64,000 bases of DNA from the human T2T-CHM13v2.0 reference genome, Homo sapiens. The stretch is from assembly GCF_009914755.1 (NCBI RefSeq), contig NC_060925.1. The stretch is one strand, 5' to 3'. This document shows positions 46,001-61,900 of the stretch, one piece after another. Every line of letters begins with the position of its first letter. Positions within the stretch are counted from its first letter, which is position 1. The notes under the pieces are model-generated. The model worked only from the letters and a program-made list of their open reading frames with translations. It was not told the origin of the DNA and searched no databases. The position numbers were made by a program, and so were the translations under genes.

Positions 46001-49000
46001 CATAGAATGGAATCGAATGGATTCATTGAATGGAATCAGATGGAATCATCGAATGGACTGGAATGGAATCATTGAATGGACTCGAAAGGGATCATTATTG
46101 AATGGAATTGAATGGAATCATCGAATGGTCTCGATTGGAATCATTATCAAATGGAATCGAATGGAATCACCGAATAGAATCGAATGGAACAATCATCGAA
46201 TGGACTCAAATGGAATTATCCTCAAATGGAATGGAATGGAATTATCGAATGCAATCGAATGGAATTATCGAATGCAATCGAATAGAATCATCGAATGGAC
46301 TCGAATGGAATCATCGAATGGAATGGAATGGAACAGTCAATGAACTCGAATGGAATCATCATTGAATGGAATCGAATGGAATCATCGAGTGGAATCGAAT
46401 GGAATTATGATCAAATGGAATCGAATGTAATCATCATCAAATGGAATCAAAAATAACCATCATCAATTGGTATTGAATGGAATTGTCATCAAATGGAATT
46501 CAAAGGAATCATCATCAAATGGAACCGAATGGAATCCTCATTTAATGGAAATGAAAGGGGTCATCATCTAATGGAATCGCATGGAATCATCATCAAATGG
46601 AATCGAATGGAATCATCATCAAATGGAATCTAATGGAATCATTGAACAGAATTGAATGGAATCGTCATCGAATGAATTGAATGCAATCATCGAATGGTCT
46701 CGAATGGAATCATCTTCTAATGGAAAGGAATGGAATCATCGCATAGAATCGAATGGAATTATCATCGAATGGAATCGAATGGTATCAACACCAAACGGAA
46801 AAAAACGGAATTATCGAATGGAATCGAAGAGAATCTTCGAACGTACCCGAATGGAATCATCTAATGGAAAGGAATGGAATAATCCATGGACTCGAATGCA
46901 ATCATCATCGAATGGAATCGAATGGAATCATCGAATGGACTCGAATGGAATAATCATTGAACGGAATCGATTGGAATCATCATCGGATGGAAACGAATGG
47001 AATCATCATCGAATGGAAATGAAAGGAGTCATCATCTAATGGAATTGCATGGAATCATCATACAATGGAATCGAATGGAATCAACATCAAATGGAATCAA
47101 ATGGAATCATTGAACGGAATTGAATGGAATCGTCATCGAATGAATTGACTGCAATCATCCAATGGTCTCGAATGGAATCATCTTCAAATGGAATGGAATG
47201 GAATCATCGCATAGAATCGAATGGAATTATCATCGAATGGAATCGAATGGAATCAACATCCAACGGAAAAAACGGAATTATCGAATGGAATCGAAGAGAA
47301 TCATCGAATGGACCCGAATGGAATCATCTAATGGAATGGAATGGAATAATCCATGGACTCGAATGCAATCATCATCGAATGGAATCGAATGGAATCATCG
47401 AATGGACTCGAATGGAATAATCATTGAACGGAATCGAATGGAATCATCATCGGATGGAAATGAATGGAATCATCATCGAATGGAATCGAATAGAATTATG
47501 GAATGAAATCCAGTGTGATCATCATCGAATGGACCCGAATGGAATCATCATCCAACGGAAGCTAATGGAATCAACATCGAATGAATCAAATGGAAACACC
47601 ATCGAATTGAAACGAATGGAATTATCATGAAATTGAAATGGATGGACTCATCATCGAATGGATTAATGGAATCATCGAATAAAATTGATTGAAATCATCA
47701 TCGAATGGAATCGAATGGTATCATTGAATGGAATCGAATGGAATCATCATCAGATGGAAATGAATGGAATCGTCATAGAATGGAATCGAATGGATTCATT
47801 GAATGGAATCAGATGGAATCATCGAATGGACTGGAATGGAATCATTGAATGGACTCGAAAGGGATCACGATTGAATGGAATTGAATGGAATCATCGAATG
47901 GTCTCGATTGGAATCATTATCAAATGGAATCGAATGGAATCACCGAATAGAATCGAATGGAACAATCATCGAATGGACTCAAATGGAATTATCCTCAAAT
48001 GGAATCGAATGGAATTATCGAATGCAATCGAATGGAATTTTCGAATGCAATCGAATAGAATCATCGAATGGACTCGAATGGAATCATCGAATGGAATGGA
48101 ATGGAACAGTCAATGAACTCGAATGGAATCATCATTGAATGGAATCGAATGGAATCATCGAGTGGAATCGAATGGAATTATGATCAAATGGAATCGAATG
48201 TAATCATCATCAAATGGAATCAAAAATAACCATCATCAATTGGTATTGAATGGAATTGTCATCAAATGGAATTCAAAGGAATCATCATCAAATGGAACCG
48301 AATGGAATCCTCATTGAATGGAAATGAAAGGGGTCATCATCTAATGGAATCGCATGGAATCATCATCAAATGGAATCGAATGGAATCATCATCAAATGGA
48401 ATCTAATGGAATCATTGAACAGAATTGAATGGAATCGTCATCGAATGAATTGAATGCAATCATCGAATGGTCTCGAATGGAATCATCTTCTAATGGAAAG
48501 GAATGGAATCATCGCATAGAATCGAATGGAATTATCATCGAATGGAATCGAATGGTATCAACACCAAACGGAAAAAAACGGAATTATCGAATGGAATCGA
48601 AGAGAATCTTCGAACGGACCCGAATGGAATCATCTAATGGAATGGAATGGAATAATCCATGGACTCGAATGCAATCATCATCGAATGGAATCGAATGGAA
48701 TCATCAAATGGACTCGAATGGAATAATCATTGAACGGAATCGAATGGAATCATCATCGGATGGAAACGAATGGAATCATCATAGAATGGAAATGAAAGGA
48801 GTCATCATCTAATGGAATTGCATGGAATCATCATAAAATGGAATCGAATGGAATCAACATCAAATGGAATCAAATGGAATCATTGAACGGAATTGAATGG
48901 AATCGTCATCGAATGAATTGACTGCAATCATCCAATGGTCTCGAATGGAATCATCTTCAAATGGAATGGAATGGAATCATCGCATAGAATCGAATGGAAT

Positions 49001-52000
49001 TATCATCGAATGGAATCGAATGGAATCAACATCAAACGGAAAAAAACGGAATTATCGAATGGAATCGAAGAGAATCATCGAATGGACCCGAATGGAATCA
49101 TCTAATGGAATGGAATGGAATAATCCATGGACTCGAATGCAATCATCATCGAATGGAATCGAATGGAATCATCGAATGGACTCGAATGGAATAATCATTG
49201 AACGGAATCGAATGGAATCATCATCGGATGGAAATGAAAGGAGTCATCATCTAATGGAATTGCATGGAATCATCATAAAATGGAATCGAATGGAATCAAC
49301 ATCAAATGGAATCAAATGGAATCATTGAACGGAATTGAATGGAATCGTCATCGAATGAATTGAATGCAATCATCGAATGGTCTCGAATGGAATCATCTTC
49401 AAATGGAATGGAATGGAATCATCGCATAGAATCGAATGGAATTATCATCGAATGGAATCGAATGGAATCAACATCAAACGGAAAAAAACGGAATTATCGA
49501 ATGGAATCGAAGAGAATCATCGAATGGACCCGAATGGAATCATCTAATGGAATGGAATGGAATAATCCATGGACTCGAATGCAATCATCATCGAATGGAA
49601 TCGAATGGAATCATCGAATGGACTCGAATGGAATAATCATTGAACGGAATCGAATGGAATCATCATCGGATGGAAATGAATGGAATCATCATCGAATGGA
49701 ATCGAATAGAATTATGGAATGAAATCCAGTGTGATCATCATCGAATGGACCCGAATGGAATCATCATCCAACGGAAGCTAATGGAATCAACATCGAATGA
49801 ATCGAATGGAAACACCATCGAATTGAAACGAATGGAATTATCATGAAATTGAAATGGATGGACTCATCATCGAATGGATTCGAATGGAATCATCGAATAA
49901 AATTGATTGAAATCATCATCCAATGGAATCGAATGGTATCATTGAATGGAATCGAATGGAATCATCATCAGATGGAAATGAATGGAATCGTCATAGAATG
50001 GAATCGAATGGATTCATTGAATGGAATCAGATGGAATCATCGAATGGACTGGAATGGAATCATTGAATGGACTCGAAAGGGATCATTATTGAATGGAATT
50101 GAATGGAATCATCGAATGGTCTCGATTGGAATCATTATCAAATGGAATCGAATGGAATCACCGAATAGAATCGAATGGAACAATCATCGAATGGACTCAA
50201 ATGGAATTATCCTCCAATGGAATCGAATGGAATTATCGAATGCAATCGAATGGAATTATCGAATGCAATCGAATAGAATCATCGAATGGACTCGAATGGA
50301 ATCATCGAATGGAATGGAATGGAACAGTCAATGAACTCGAATGGAATCATCATTGAATGGAATCGAATGGAATCATCGAGTGGAATCGAATGGAATTATG
50401 ATCAAATGGAATCGAATGTAATCATCATCAAATGGAATCAAAAATAACCATCATCAATTGGTATTGAATGGAATTGTCATCAAATGGAATTCAAAGGAAT
50501 CATCATCAAATGGAACCGAATGGAATCCTCATTGAATGGAAATGAAAGGGGTCATCATCTAATGGAATCGCATGGAATCATCATCAAATGGAATCGAATG
50601 GAATCATCATCAAATGGAATCTAATGGAATCATTGAACAGAATTGAATGGAATCGTCATCGAATGAATTGAATGCAATCATCGAATGGTCTCGAATGGAA
50701 TCATCTTCTAATGGAAAGGAATGGAATCATCGCATAGAATCGAATGGAATTATCATCGAATGGAATCGAATGGTATCAACACCAAACGGAAATAAACGGA
50801 ATTATCGAATGGAATCGAAGAGAATCTTCGAACGGACCCGAATGGAATCATCTAATGGAATGGAATGGAATAATCCATGGACTCGAATGCAATCATCATC
50901 GAATGGAATGGAATGGAATCATCGAATGGAATCGAATGGAATAATCATTGAACGGAATCGAATGGAATCATCATCGGATGGAAACGAATGGAATCATCAT
51001 CGAATGGAAATGAAAGGAGTCATCATCTAATGGAATTGCATGGAATCATCATAAAATGGAATCGAATGGAATCAACATCAAATGGAATCATTGAACGGAA
51101 TTGAATGGAATCGTCATCGAATGAATTGACTGCAATCATCGAATGGTCTCGAATGGAATCATCTTCAAATGGAATGGAATGGAATCATCGCATAGAATCG
51201 AATGGAATTATCATCGAATGGAATCGAATGGAATCAACATCAAACGGAAAAAAACGGAATTATCGAATGGAATCGAAGAGAATCATCGAATGGACCCGAA
51301 TGGAATCATCTAATGGAATGGAATGGAATAATCCATGGACTCGAATGCAATCATCATCGAATGGAATCGAATGGAATCATCGAATGGACTCGAATGGAAT
51401 AATCATTGAACGGAATCGAATGGAATCATCATCGGATGGAAATGAATGGAATCATCATCGAATGGAATCGAATAGAATTATGGAATGAAATCCAGTGTGA
51501 TCATCATCGAATGGACCCGAATGGAATCATCATCTAACGGAAGCTAATGGAATCAACATCGAATGAATCGAATGGAAACACCATCGAATTGAAACGAATG
51601 GAATTATCATGAAATTGAAATGGATGGACTCATCATCGAATGGATTCGAATGGAATCATCGAATAAAATTGATTGAAATCATCATCCAATGGAATCGAAT
51701 GGTATCATTGAATGGAATCGAATGGAATCATCATCAGATGGAAATGAATGGAATCGTCATAAAATGGAATCGAATGGATTCATTGAATGGAATCAGATGG
51801 AATCATCGAATGGACTGGAATGGAATCATTGAATGGACTCGAAAGGGATCATTATTGAATGGAATTGAATGGAATCATCGAATGGTCTCGATTGGAATCA
51901 TTATCAAATGGAATCGAATGGAATCACCGAACAGAATCGAATGGAACAATCATCGAATGGACTCAAATGGAATTATCCTCCAATGGAATCGAATGGAATT

Positions 52001-55000
52001 ATCGAATGCAATCGAATGGAATTATCGAATGCAATCGAATAGAATCATCGAATGGACTCGAATGGAATCATCGAATGGAATGGAATGGAACAGTCAATGA
52101 ACTCGAATGGAATCATCATTGAATGGAATCGAATGGAATCATCGAGTGGAATCGAATGGAATTATGATCAAATGGAATCGAATGGAATCATCATCAAATG
52201 GAATCAAAAATAACCATCATCAATTGGTATTGAATGGAATTGTCATCAAATGGAATTCAAAGGAATCATCATCAAATGGAACCGAATGGAATCCTCATTG
52301 AATGGAAATGAAAGGGGTCATCATCTAATGGAATCGCATGGAATCATCATCAAATGGAATCGAATGGAATCATCATCAAATGGAATCTAATGGAATCATT
52401 GAACAGAATTGAATGGAATCGTCATCGAATGAATTGAATGCAATCATCGAATGGTCTCGAATGGAATCATCTTCTAATGGAAAGGAATGGAATCATCGCA
52501 TAGAATCGAATGGAATTATCATCGAATGGAATCGAATGGTATCAACACCAAACGGAAAAAAACGGAATTATCGAATGGAATCGAAGAGAATCTTGGAACG
52601 GACCCGAATGGAATCATCTAATGGAATGGAATGGAATAATCCATGGACTCGAATGCAATCATCATCGAATGGAATCGAATGGAATCATCGAATGGACTCG
52701 AATGGAATAATCATTGAACGGAATCGAATGGAATCATCATCGGATGGAAACGAATGGAATCATCATCGAATGGAAATGAAAGGAGTCATCATCTAATGGA
52801 ATTGCATGGAATCATCATAAAATGTAATCGAATGGAATCAACATCAAATGGAATCAAATGGAATCATTGAACGGAATTGAATGGAATCGTCATCGAATGA
52901 ATTGACTGCAATCATCGAATGGTCTCGAATGGAATCATCTTCAAATGGAATGGAATGGAATCATCGCATAGAATCGAATGGAATTATCATCGAATGGAAT
53001 CGAATGGAATCAACATCAAACGGAAAAAAACAGAATTATCGTATGGAATCGAAGAGAATCATCGAATGGACCCGAATGGAATCATCTAATGGAATGGAAT
53101 GGAATAATCCATGGACTCGAATGCAATCATCATCGAATGGAATCGAATGGAATCATCGAATGGACTCGAATGGAATAATCATTGAACGGAATCGAATGGA
53201 ATCATCATCGGATGGAAATGAATGGAATCATCATCGAATGGAATCGAATAGAATTATGGAATGAAATCCAGTGTGATCATCATCGAATGGACCTGAATGG
53301 AATCATCATCCAACGGAAGCTAATGGAATCAACATCGAATGAATCGAATGGAAACACCATCGAATTGAAACGAATGGAATTATCATGAAATTGAAATGGA
53401 TGGACTCATCATCGAATGGATTCGAATGGAATCATCGAATAAAATTGATTGAAATCATCATCAAATGGAATCGAATGGTATCATTGAATGGAATCGAATG
53501 GAATCATCATCAGATGGAAATGAATGGAATCGTCATAGAATGGAATCGAATGGATTCATTGAATGGAATCAGATGGAATCATCGAATGGACTGGAATGGA
53601 ATCATTGAATGGACTCGAAAGGGATCATTATTGAATGGAATTGAATGGAATCATCGAATGGTCTCGATTGGAATCATTACCAAATGGAATCGAATGGAAT
53701 CACCGAATAGAATCGAATGGAACAATCATCGAATGGACTCAAATGGAATTATCCTCCAATGGAATCGAATGGAATTATCGAATGCAATCGAATGGAATTA
53801 TCGAATGCAATCGAATAGAATCATCGAAAGGACTCGAATGGAATCATCGAATGGAATGGAATGGAACAGTCAATGAACTCGAATGGAATCATCATTGAAT
53901 GGAATCGAATGGAATCATCGAGTGGAATCGAATGGAATTATGATCAAATGGAATCGAATGTAATCATCATCAAATGGAATCAAAAATAACCATCATCAAT
54001 TGGTATTGAATGGAATTGTCATCAAATGGAATTCAAAGGAATCATCATCAAATGGAACCGAATGGAATCCTCATTGAATGGAAATGAAAAGGGTCATCAT
54101 CTAATGGAATCGCATGGAATCATCATCAAATGGAATCGAATGGAATCATCATCAAATGGAATCTAATGGAATCATTGAACAGAATTGAATGGAATCGTCA
54201 TCGAATGAATTGAATGCAATCATCGAATGGTCTCGAATGGAATCATCTTCTAATGGAAAGGAATGGAATCATCGCATAGAATCGAATGGAATTATCATCG
54301 AATGGAATCGAATGGTATCAACACCAAACGGAAAAAAACGGAATTATCGAATGGAATCGAAGAGAATCTTCGAACGGACCCGAATGGAATCATCTAATGG
54401 AATGGAATGGAATAATCCATGAACTCGAATGCAATCATCATCGAATGGAATCGAATGGAATCATCGAATGGACTCGAATGGAATAATCATTGAACGGAAT
54501 CGAATGGAATCATCATCGGATGGAAACGAATGGAATCATCATCGAATGGAAATGAAAGGAGTCATCATCTAATGGAATTGCATGGAATCATCATAAAATG
54601 GAATCGAATGGAATCAACATCAAATGGAATCAAATGGAATCATTGAACGGAATTGAATGGAATCGTCATCGAATGAATTGACTGCAATCATCCAATGGTC
54701 TCGAATGGAATCATCTTCAAATGGAATGGAATGGAATCATCGCATAGAATCGAATGGAATTATCATCGAATGGAATCGAATGGAATCAACATCAAACGGA
54801 AAAAAACGGAATTATCGAATGGAATCGAAGAGAATCATCGAATGGACCCGAATGGAATCATCTAATGGAATGGAATGGAATAATCGATGGAATCGAATGC
54901 AATCATCATCGAATGGAATCGAATGGAATCATCGAATGGACTCGAATGGAATAATCATTGAACGGAATAGAATGGAATCATCATCGGATGGAAATGAATG

Positions 55001-58000
55001 GAATCATCATCGAATGGAATCGAATAGAATTATGGAATGAAATCCAGTGTGATCATCATCGAATGGACCCGAATGGAATCATCATCCAACGGAAGCTAAG
55101 GGAATCAACATCGAATGAATCAAATGGAAACACCATCGAATTGAAACGAATGGAATTATCATGAAATTGAAATGGATGGACTCATCATCGAATGGATTCG
55201 AATGGAATCATCGAATAAAATTGATTGAAATCATCATCGAATGGAATCGAATGGTATCATTGAATGGAATCGAATGGAATCATCATCAGATGGAAATGAA
55301 TGGAATCGTCATAGAATGGAATCGAATGGATTCATTGAATGGAATCAGATGGAATCATCGAATGGACTGGAATGGAATCATTGAATGGACTCGAAAGGGA
55401 TCATTATTGAATGGAATTGAATGGAATCATCGAATGGTCTCGATTGGAATCATTATCAAATGGAATCGAATGGAATCACCGAATAGAATCGAATGGAACA
55501 ATCATCGAATGGACTCAAATGGAATTATCCTCAAATGGAATGGAATGGAATTATCGAATGCAATCGAATGGAATTATCGAATGCAATCGAATAGAATCAT
55601 CGAATGGACTCGAATGGAATCATCGAATGGAATGGAATGGAACAGTCAATGAACTCGAATGGAATCATCATTGAATGGAATCGAATGGAATCATCGAGTG
55701 GAATCGAATGGAATTATGATCAAATGGAATCGAATGTAATCATCATCAAATGGAATCAAAAATAACCATCATCAATTGGTATTGAATGGAATTGTCATCA
55801 AATGGAATTCAAAGGAATCATCATCAAATGGAACCGAATGGAATCCTCATTTAATGGAAATGAAAGGGGTCATCATCTAATGGAATCGCATGGAATCATC
55901 ATCAAATGGAATCGAATGGAATCATCATCAAATGGAATCTAATGGAATCATTGAACAGAATTGAATGGAATCGTCATCGAATGAATTGAATGCAATCATC
56001 GAATGGTCTCGAATGGAATCATCTTCTAATGGAAAGGAATGGAATCATCGCATAGAATCGAATGGAATTATCATCGAATGGAATCGAATGGTATCAACAC
56101 CAAACGGAAAAAAACGGAATTATCGAATGGAATCGAAGAGAATCTTCGAACGTACCCGAATGGAATCATCTAATGGAAAGGAATGGAATAATCCATGGAC
56201 TCGAATGCAATCATCATCGAATGGAATCGAATGGAATCATCGAATGGACTCGAATGGAATAATCATTGAACGGAATCGATTGGAATCATCATCGGATGGA
56301 AACGAATGGAATCATCATCGAATGGAAATGAAAGGAGTCATCATCTAATGGAATTGCATGGAATCATCATACAATGGAATCGAATGGAATCAACATCAAA
56401 TGGAATCAAATGGAATCATTGAACGGAATTGAATGGAATCGTCATCGAATGAATTGACTGCAATCATCCAATGGTCTCGAATGGAATCATCTTCAAATGG
56501 AATGGAATGGAATCATCGCATAGAATCGAATGGAATTATCATCGAATGGAATCGAATGGAATCAACATCCAACGGAAAAAACGGAATTATCGAATGGAAT
56601 CGAAGAGAATCATCGAATGGACCCGAATGGAATCATCTAATGGAATGGAATGGAATAATCCATGGACTCGAATGCAATCATCATCGAATGGAATCGAATG
56701 GAATCATCGAATGGACTCGAATGGAATAATCATTGAACGGAATCGAATGGAATCATCATCGGATGGAAATGAATGGAATCATCATCGAATGGAATCGAAT
56801 AGAATTATGGAATGAAATCCAGTGTGATCATCATCGAATGGACCCGAATGGAATCATCATCCAACGGAAGCTAATGGAATCAACATCGAATGAATCAAAT
56901 GGAAACACCATCGAATTGAAACGAATGGAATTATCATGAAATTGAAATGGATGGACTCATCATCGAATGGATTAATGGAATCATCGAATAAAATTGATTG
57001 AAATCATCATCGAATGGAATCGAATGGTATCATTGAATGGAATCGAATGGAATCATCATCAGATGGAAATGAATGGAATCGTCATAGAATGGAATCGAAT
57101 GGATTCATTGAATGGAATCAGATGGAATCATCGAATGGACTGGAATGGAATCATTGAATGGACTCGAAAGGGATCACGATTGAATGGAATTGAATGGAAT
57201 CATCGAATGGTCTCGATTGGAATCATTATCAAATGGAATCGAATGGAATCACCGAATAGAATCGAATGGAACAATCATCGAATGGACTCAAATGGAATTA
57301 TCCTCAAATGGAATCGAATGGAATTATCGAATGCAATCGAATGGAATTTTCGAATGCAATCGAATAGAATCATCGAATGGACTCGAATGGAATCATCGAA
57401 TGGAATGGAATGGAACAGTCAATGAACTCGAATGGAATCATCATTGAATGGAATCGAATGGAATCATCGAGTGGAATCGAATGGAATTATGATCAAATGG
57501 AATCGAATGTAATCATCATCAAATGGAATCAAAAATAACCATCATCAATTGGTATTGAATGGAATTGTCATCAAATGGAATTCAAAGGAATCATCATCAA
57601 ATGGAACCGAATGGAATCCTCATTGAATGGAAATGAAAGGGGTCATCATCTAATGGAATCGCATGGAATCATCATCAAATGGAATCGAATGGAATCATCA
57701 TCAAATGGAATCTAATGGAATCATTGAACAGAATTGAATGGAATCGTCATCGAATGAATTGAATGCAATCATCGAATGGTCTCGAATGGAATCATCTTCT
57801 AATGGAAAGGAATGGAATCATCGCATAGAATCGAATGGAATTATCATCGAATGGAATCGAATGGTATCAACACCAAACGGAAAAAAACGGAATTATCGAA
57901 TGGAATCGAAGAGAATCTTCGAACGGACCCGAATGGAATCATCTAATGGAATGGAATGGAATAATCCATGGACTCGAATGCAATCATCATCGAATGGAAT

Positions 58001-58950
58001 CGAATGGAATCATCAAATGGACTCGAATGGAATAATCATTGAACGGAATCGAATGGAATCATCATCGGATGGAAACGAATGGAATCATCATAGAATGGAA
58101 ATGAAAGGAGTCATCATCTAATGGAATTGCATGGAATCATCATAAAATGGAATCGAATGGAATCAACATCAAATGGAATCAAATGGAATCATTGAACGGA
58201 ATTGAATGGAATCGTCATCGAATGAATTGACTGCAATCATCCAATGGTCTCGAATGGAATCATCTTCAAATGGAATGGAATGGAATCATCGCATAGAATC
58301 GAATGGAATTATCATCGAATGGAATCGAATGGAATCAACATCAAACGGAAAAAAACGGAATTATCGAATGGAATCGAAGAGAATCATCGAATGGACCCGA
58401 ATGGAATCATCTAATGGAATGGAATGGAATAATCCATGGACTCGAATGCAATCATCATCGAATGGAATCGAATGGAATCATCGAATGGACTCGAATGGAA
58501 TAATCATTGAACGGAATCGAATGGAATCATCATCGGATGGAAATGAAAGGAGTCATCATCTAATGGAATTGCATGGAATCATCATAAAATGGAATCGAAT
58601 GGAATCAACATCAAATGGAATCAAATGGAATCATTGAACGGAATTGAATGGAATCGTCATCGAATGAATTGAATGCAATCATCGAATGGTCTCGAATGGA
58701 ATCATCTTCAAATGGAATGGAATGGAATCATCGCATAGAATCGAATGGAATTATCATCGAATGGAATCGAATGGAATCAACATCAAACGGAAAAAAACGG
58801 AATTATCGAATGGAATCGAAGAGAATCATCGAATGGACCCGAATGGAATCATCTAATGGAATGGAATGGAATAATCCATGGACTCGAATGCAATCATCAT
58901 CGAATGGAATCGAATGGAATCATCGAATGGACTCGAATGGAATAATCATT
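40060..58950 (+). repeat. 9309 bp five-unit higher-order repeat (1766+1776+1776+1773+2218), two near-identical tandem copies
   Basis: All anchors and private variants recur at +9309 (41338/50647, 43104/52413, 44880/54189, 46656/55965, 48429/57738), including the 10 bp, 1 bp and 2 bp deletions and the 442 bp extra block. Confidence 0.93.
48429..50646 (+). repeat. 2218 bp expanded unit A-B-B'-C (+442 bp); second copy 57738-59955
   Basis: Three A/B-like blocks at 48429, 48897 and 49339; junction CGGATGGAAATGAAAGGAGTC near 49225. Confidence 0.9.
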
Positions 58951-61900
58951 GAACGGAATAGAATGGAATCATCATCGGATGGAAATGAATGGAATCGTCA
59001 TCGAATGGAATCGAATAGAATTATGGAATGAAATCCAGTGTGATCATCATCGAATGGACCCGAATGGAATCATCATCCAACGGAAGCTAATGGAATCAAC
59101 ATCGAATGAATCAAATGGAAACACCATCGAATTGAAACGAATGGAATTATCATGAAATTGAAATGGATGGACTCATCATCGAATGGATTCGAATGGAATC
59201 ATCGAATAAAATTGATTGAAATCATCATCGAATGGAATCGAATGGTATCATTGAATGGAATCGAATGGAATCATCATCAGATGGAAATGAATGGAATCGT
59301 CATAGAATGGAATCGAATGGATTCATTGAATGGAATCAGATGGAATCATCGAATGGACTGGAATGGAATCATTGAATGGACTCGAAAGGGATCATTATTG
59401 AATGGAATTGAATGGAATCATCGAATGGTCTCGATTGGAATCATTATCAAATGGAATCGAATGGAATCACCGAATAGAATCGAATGGAACAATCATCGAA
59501 TGGACTCAAATGGAATTATCCTCAAATGGAATCGAATGGAATTATCGAATGCAATCGAATGGAATTATCGAATGCAATCGAATAGAATCATCGAATGGAC
59601 TCGAATGGAATCATCGAATGGAATGGAATGGAACAGTCAATGAACTCGAATGGAATCATCATTGAATGGAATCGAATGGAATCATCGAGTGGAATCGAAT
59701 GGAATTATGATCAAATGGAATCGAATGTAATCATCATCAAATGGAATCAAAAATAACCATCATCAATTGGTATTGAATGGAATTGTCATCAAATGGAATT
59801 CAAAGGAATCATCATCAAATGGAACCGAATGGAATCCTCATTGAATGGAAATGAAAGGGGTCATCATCTAATGGAATCGCATGGAATCATCATCAAATGG
59901 AATCGAATGGAATCATCATCAAATGGAATCTAATGGAATCATTGAACAGAATTGAATGGAATCGTCATCGAATGAATTGAATGCAATCATCGAATGGTCT
60001 CGAATGGAATCATCTTCTAATGGAAAGGAATGGAATCATCGCATAGAATCGAATGGAATTATCATCGAATGGAATCGAATGGTATCAACACCAAACGGAA
60101 AAAAACGGAATTATCGAATGGAATCGAAGAGAATCTTCGAACGGACCCGAATGGAATCATCTAATGGAATGGAATGGAATAATCCATGGACTCGAATGCA
60201 ATCATCATCGAATGGAATCGAATGGAATCATCGAATGGACTCGAATGGAATAATCATTGAACGGAATCGAATGGAATCATCATCGGATGGAAACGAATGG
60301 AATCATCATCGAATGGAAATGAAAGGAGTCATCATCTAATGGAATTGCATGGAATCATCATAAAATGGAATCGAATGGAATCAACATAAAATGGAATCAA
60401 ATGGAATCATTGAACGGAATTGAATGGAATCGTCATCGAATGAATTGACTGCAATCATCCAATGGTCTCGGAATCATCTTCAAATGGAATGGAATGGAAT
60501 CATCGCATAGAATCGAATGGAATTATCATCGAATGGAATCGAATGGAATCAACATCCAACGGAAAAAACGGAATTATCGAATGGAATCGAAGAGAATCAT
60601 CGAATGGACCCGAATGGAATCATCTAATGGAATGGAATGGAATAATCCATGGACTCGAATGCAATCATCATCGAATGGAATCGAATGGAATCATCGAATG
60701 GACTCGAATGGAATAATCATTGAACGGAATCGAATGGAATCATCATCGGATGGAAATGAATGGAATCATCATCGAATGGAATCGAATAGAATTATGGAAT
60801 GAAATCCAGTGTGATCATCATCGAATGGACCCGAATGGAATCATCATCCAACGGAAGCTAATGGAATCAACATCGAATGAATCGAATGGAAACACCATCG
60901 AATTGAAACGAATGGAATTATCATGAAATTGAAATGGATGGACTCATCATCGAATGGATTCGAATGGAATCATCGAATAAAATTGATTGAAATCATCATC
61001 GAATGGAATCGAATGGTATCATTGAATGGAATCGAATGGAATCATCATCAGATGGAAATGAATGGAATCGTCATAGAATGGAATCGAATGGATTCATTGA
61101 ATGGAATCAGATGGAATCATCGAATGGACTGGAATGGAATCATTGAATGGACTCGAAAGGGATCATTATTGAATGGAATTGAATGGAATCATCGAATGGT
61201 CTCGATTGGAATCATTATCAAATGGAATCGAATGGAATCACCGAATAGAATCGAATGGAACAATCATCGAATGGACTCAAATGGAATTATCCTCAAATGG
61301 AATCGAATGGAATTATCGAATGCAATCGAATGGAATTATCGAATGCAATCGAATACAATCATCGAATGGACTCGAATGGAATCATCGAATGGAATGGAAT
61401 GGAACAGTCAATGAACATGAATGGAATCATCATTGAATGGAATCGAATGGAATCATCGAGTGGAATCGAATGGAATTATGATCAAATGGAATCGAATGTA
61501 ATCATCATCAAATGGAATCAAAAATAACCATCATCAATTGGTATTGAATGGAATTGTCATCAAATGGAATTCAAAGGAATCATCATCAAATGGAACCGAA
61601 TGGAATCCTCATTGAATGGAAATGAAAGGGGTCATCATCTAATGGAATCGCATGGAATCATCATCAAATGGAATCGAATGGAATCATCATCAAATGGAAT
61701 CTAATGGAATCATTGAACAGAATTGAATGGAATCGTCATCGAATGAATTGAATGCAATCATCGAATGGTCTCGAATGGAATCATCTTCTAATGGAAAGGA
61801 ATGGAATCATCGCATAGAATCGAATGGAATTATCATCGAATGGAATCGAATGGTATCAACACCAAACGGAAAAAAACGGAATTATCGAATGGAATCGAAG

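Noticed and set aside
47262-47275. A7 to A6 homopolymer change as a sequencing error
   Set aside because: It recurs with the linked ACATCCAACGG variant near 56575 and 60563, so it is likely a real inherited variant, but not independently interesting.
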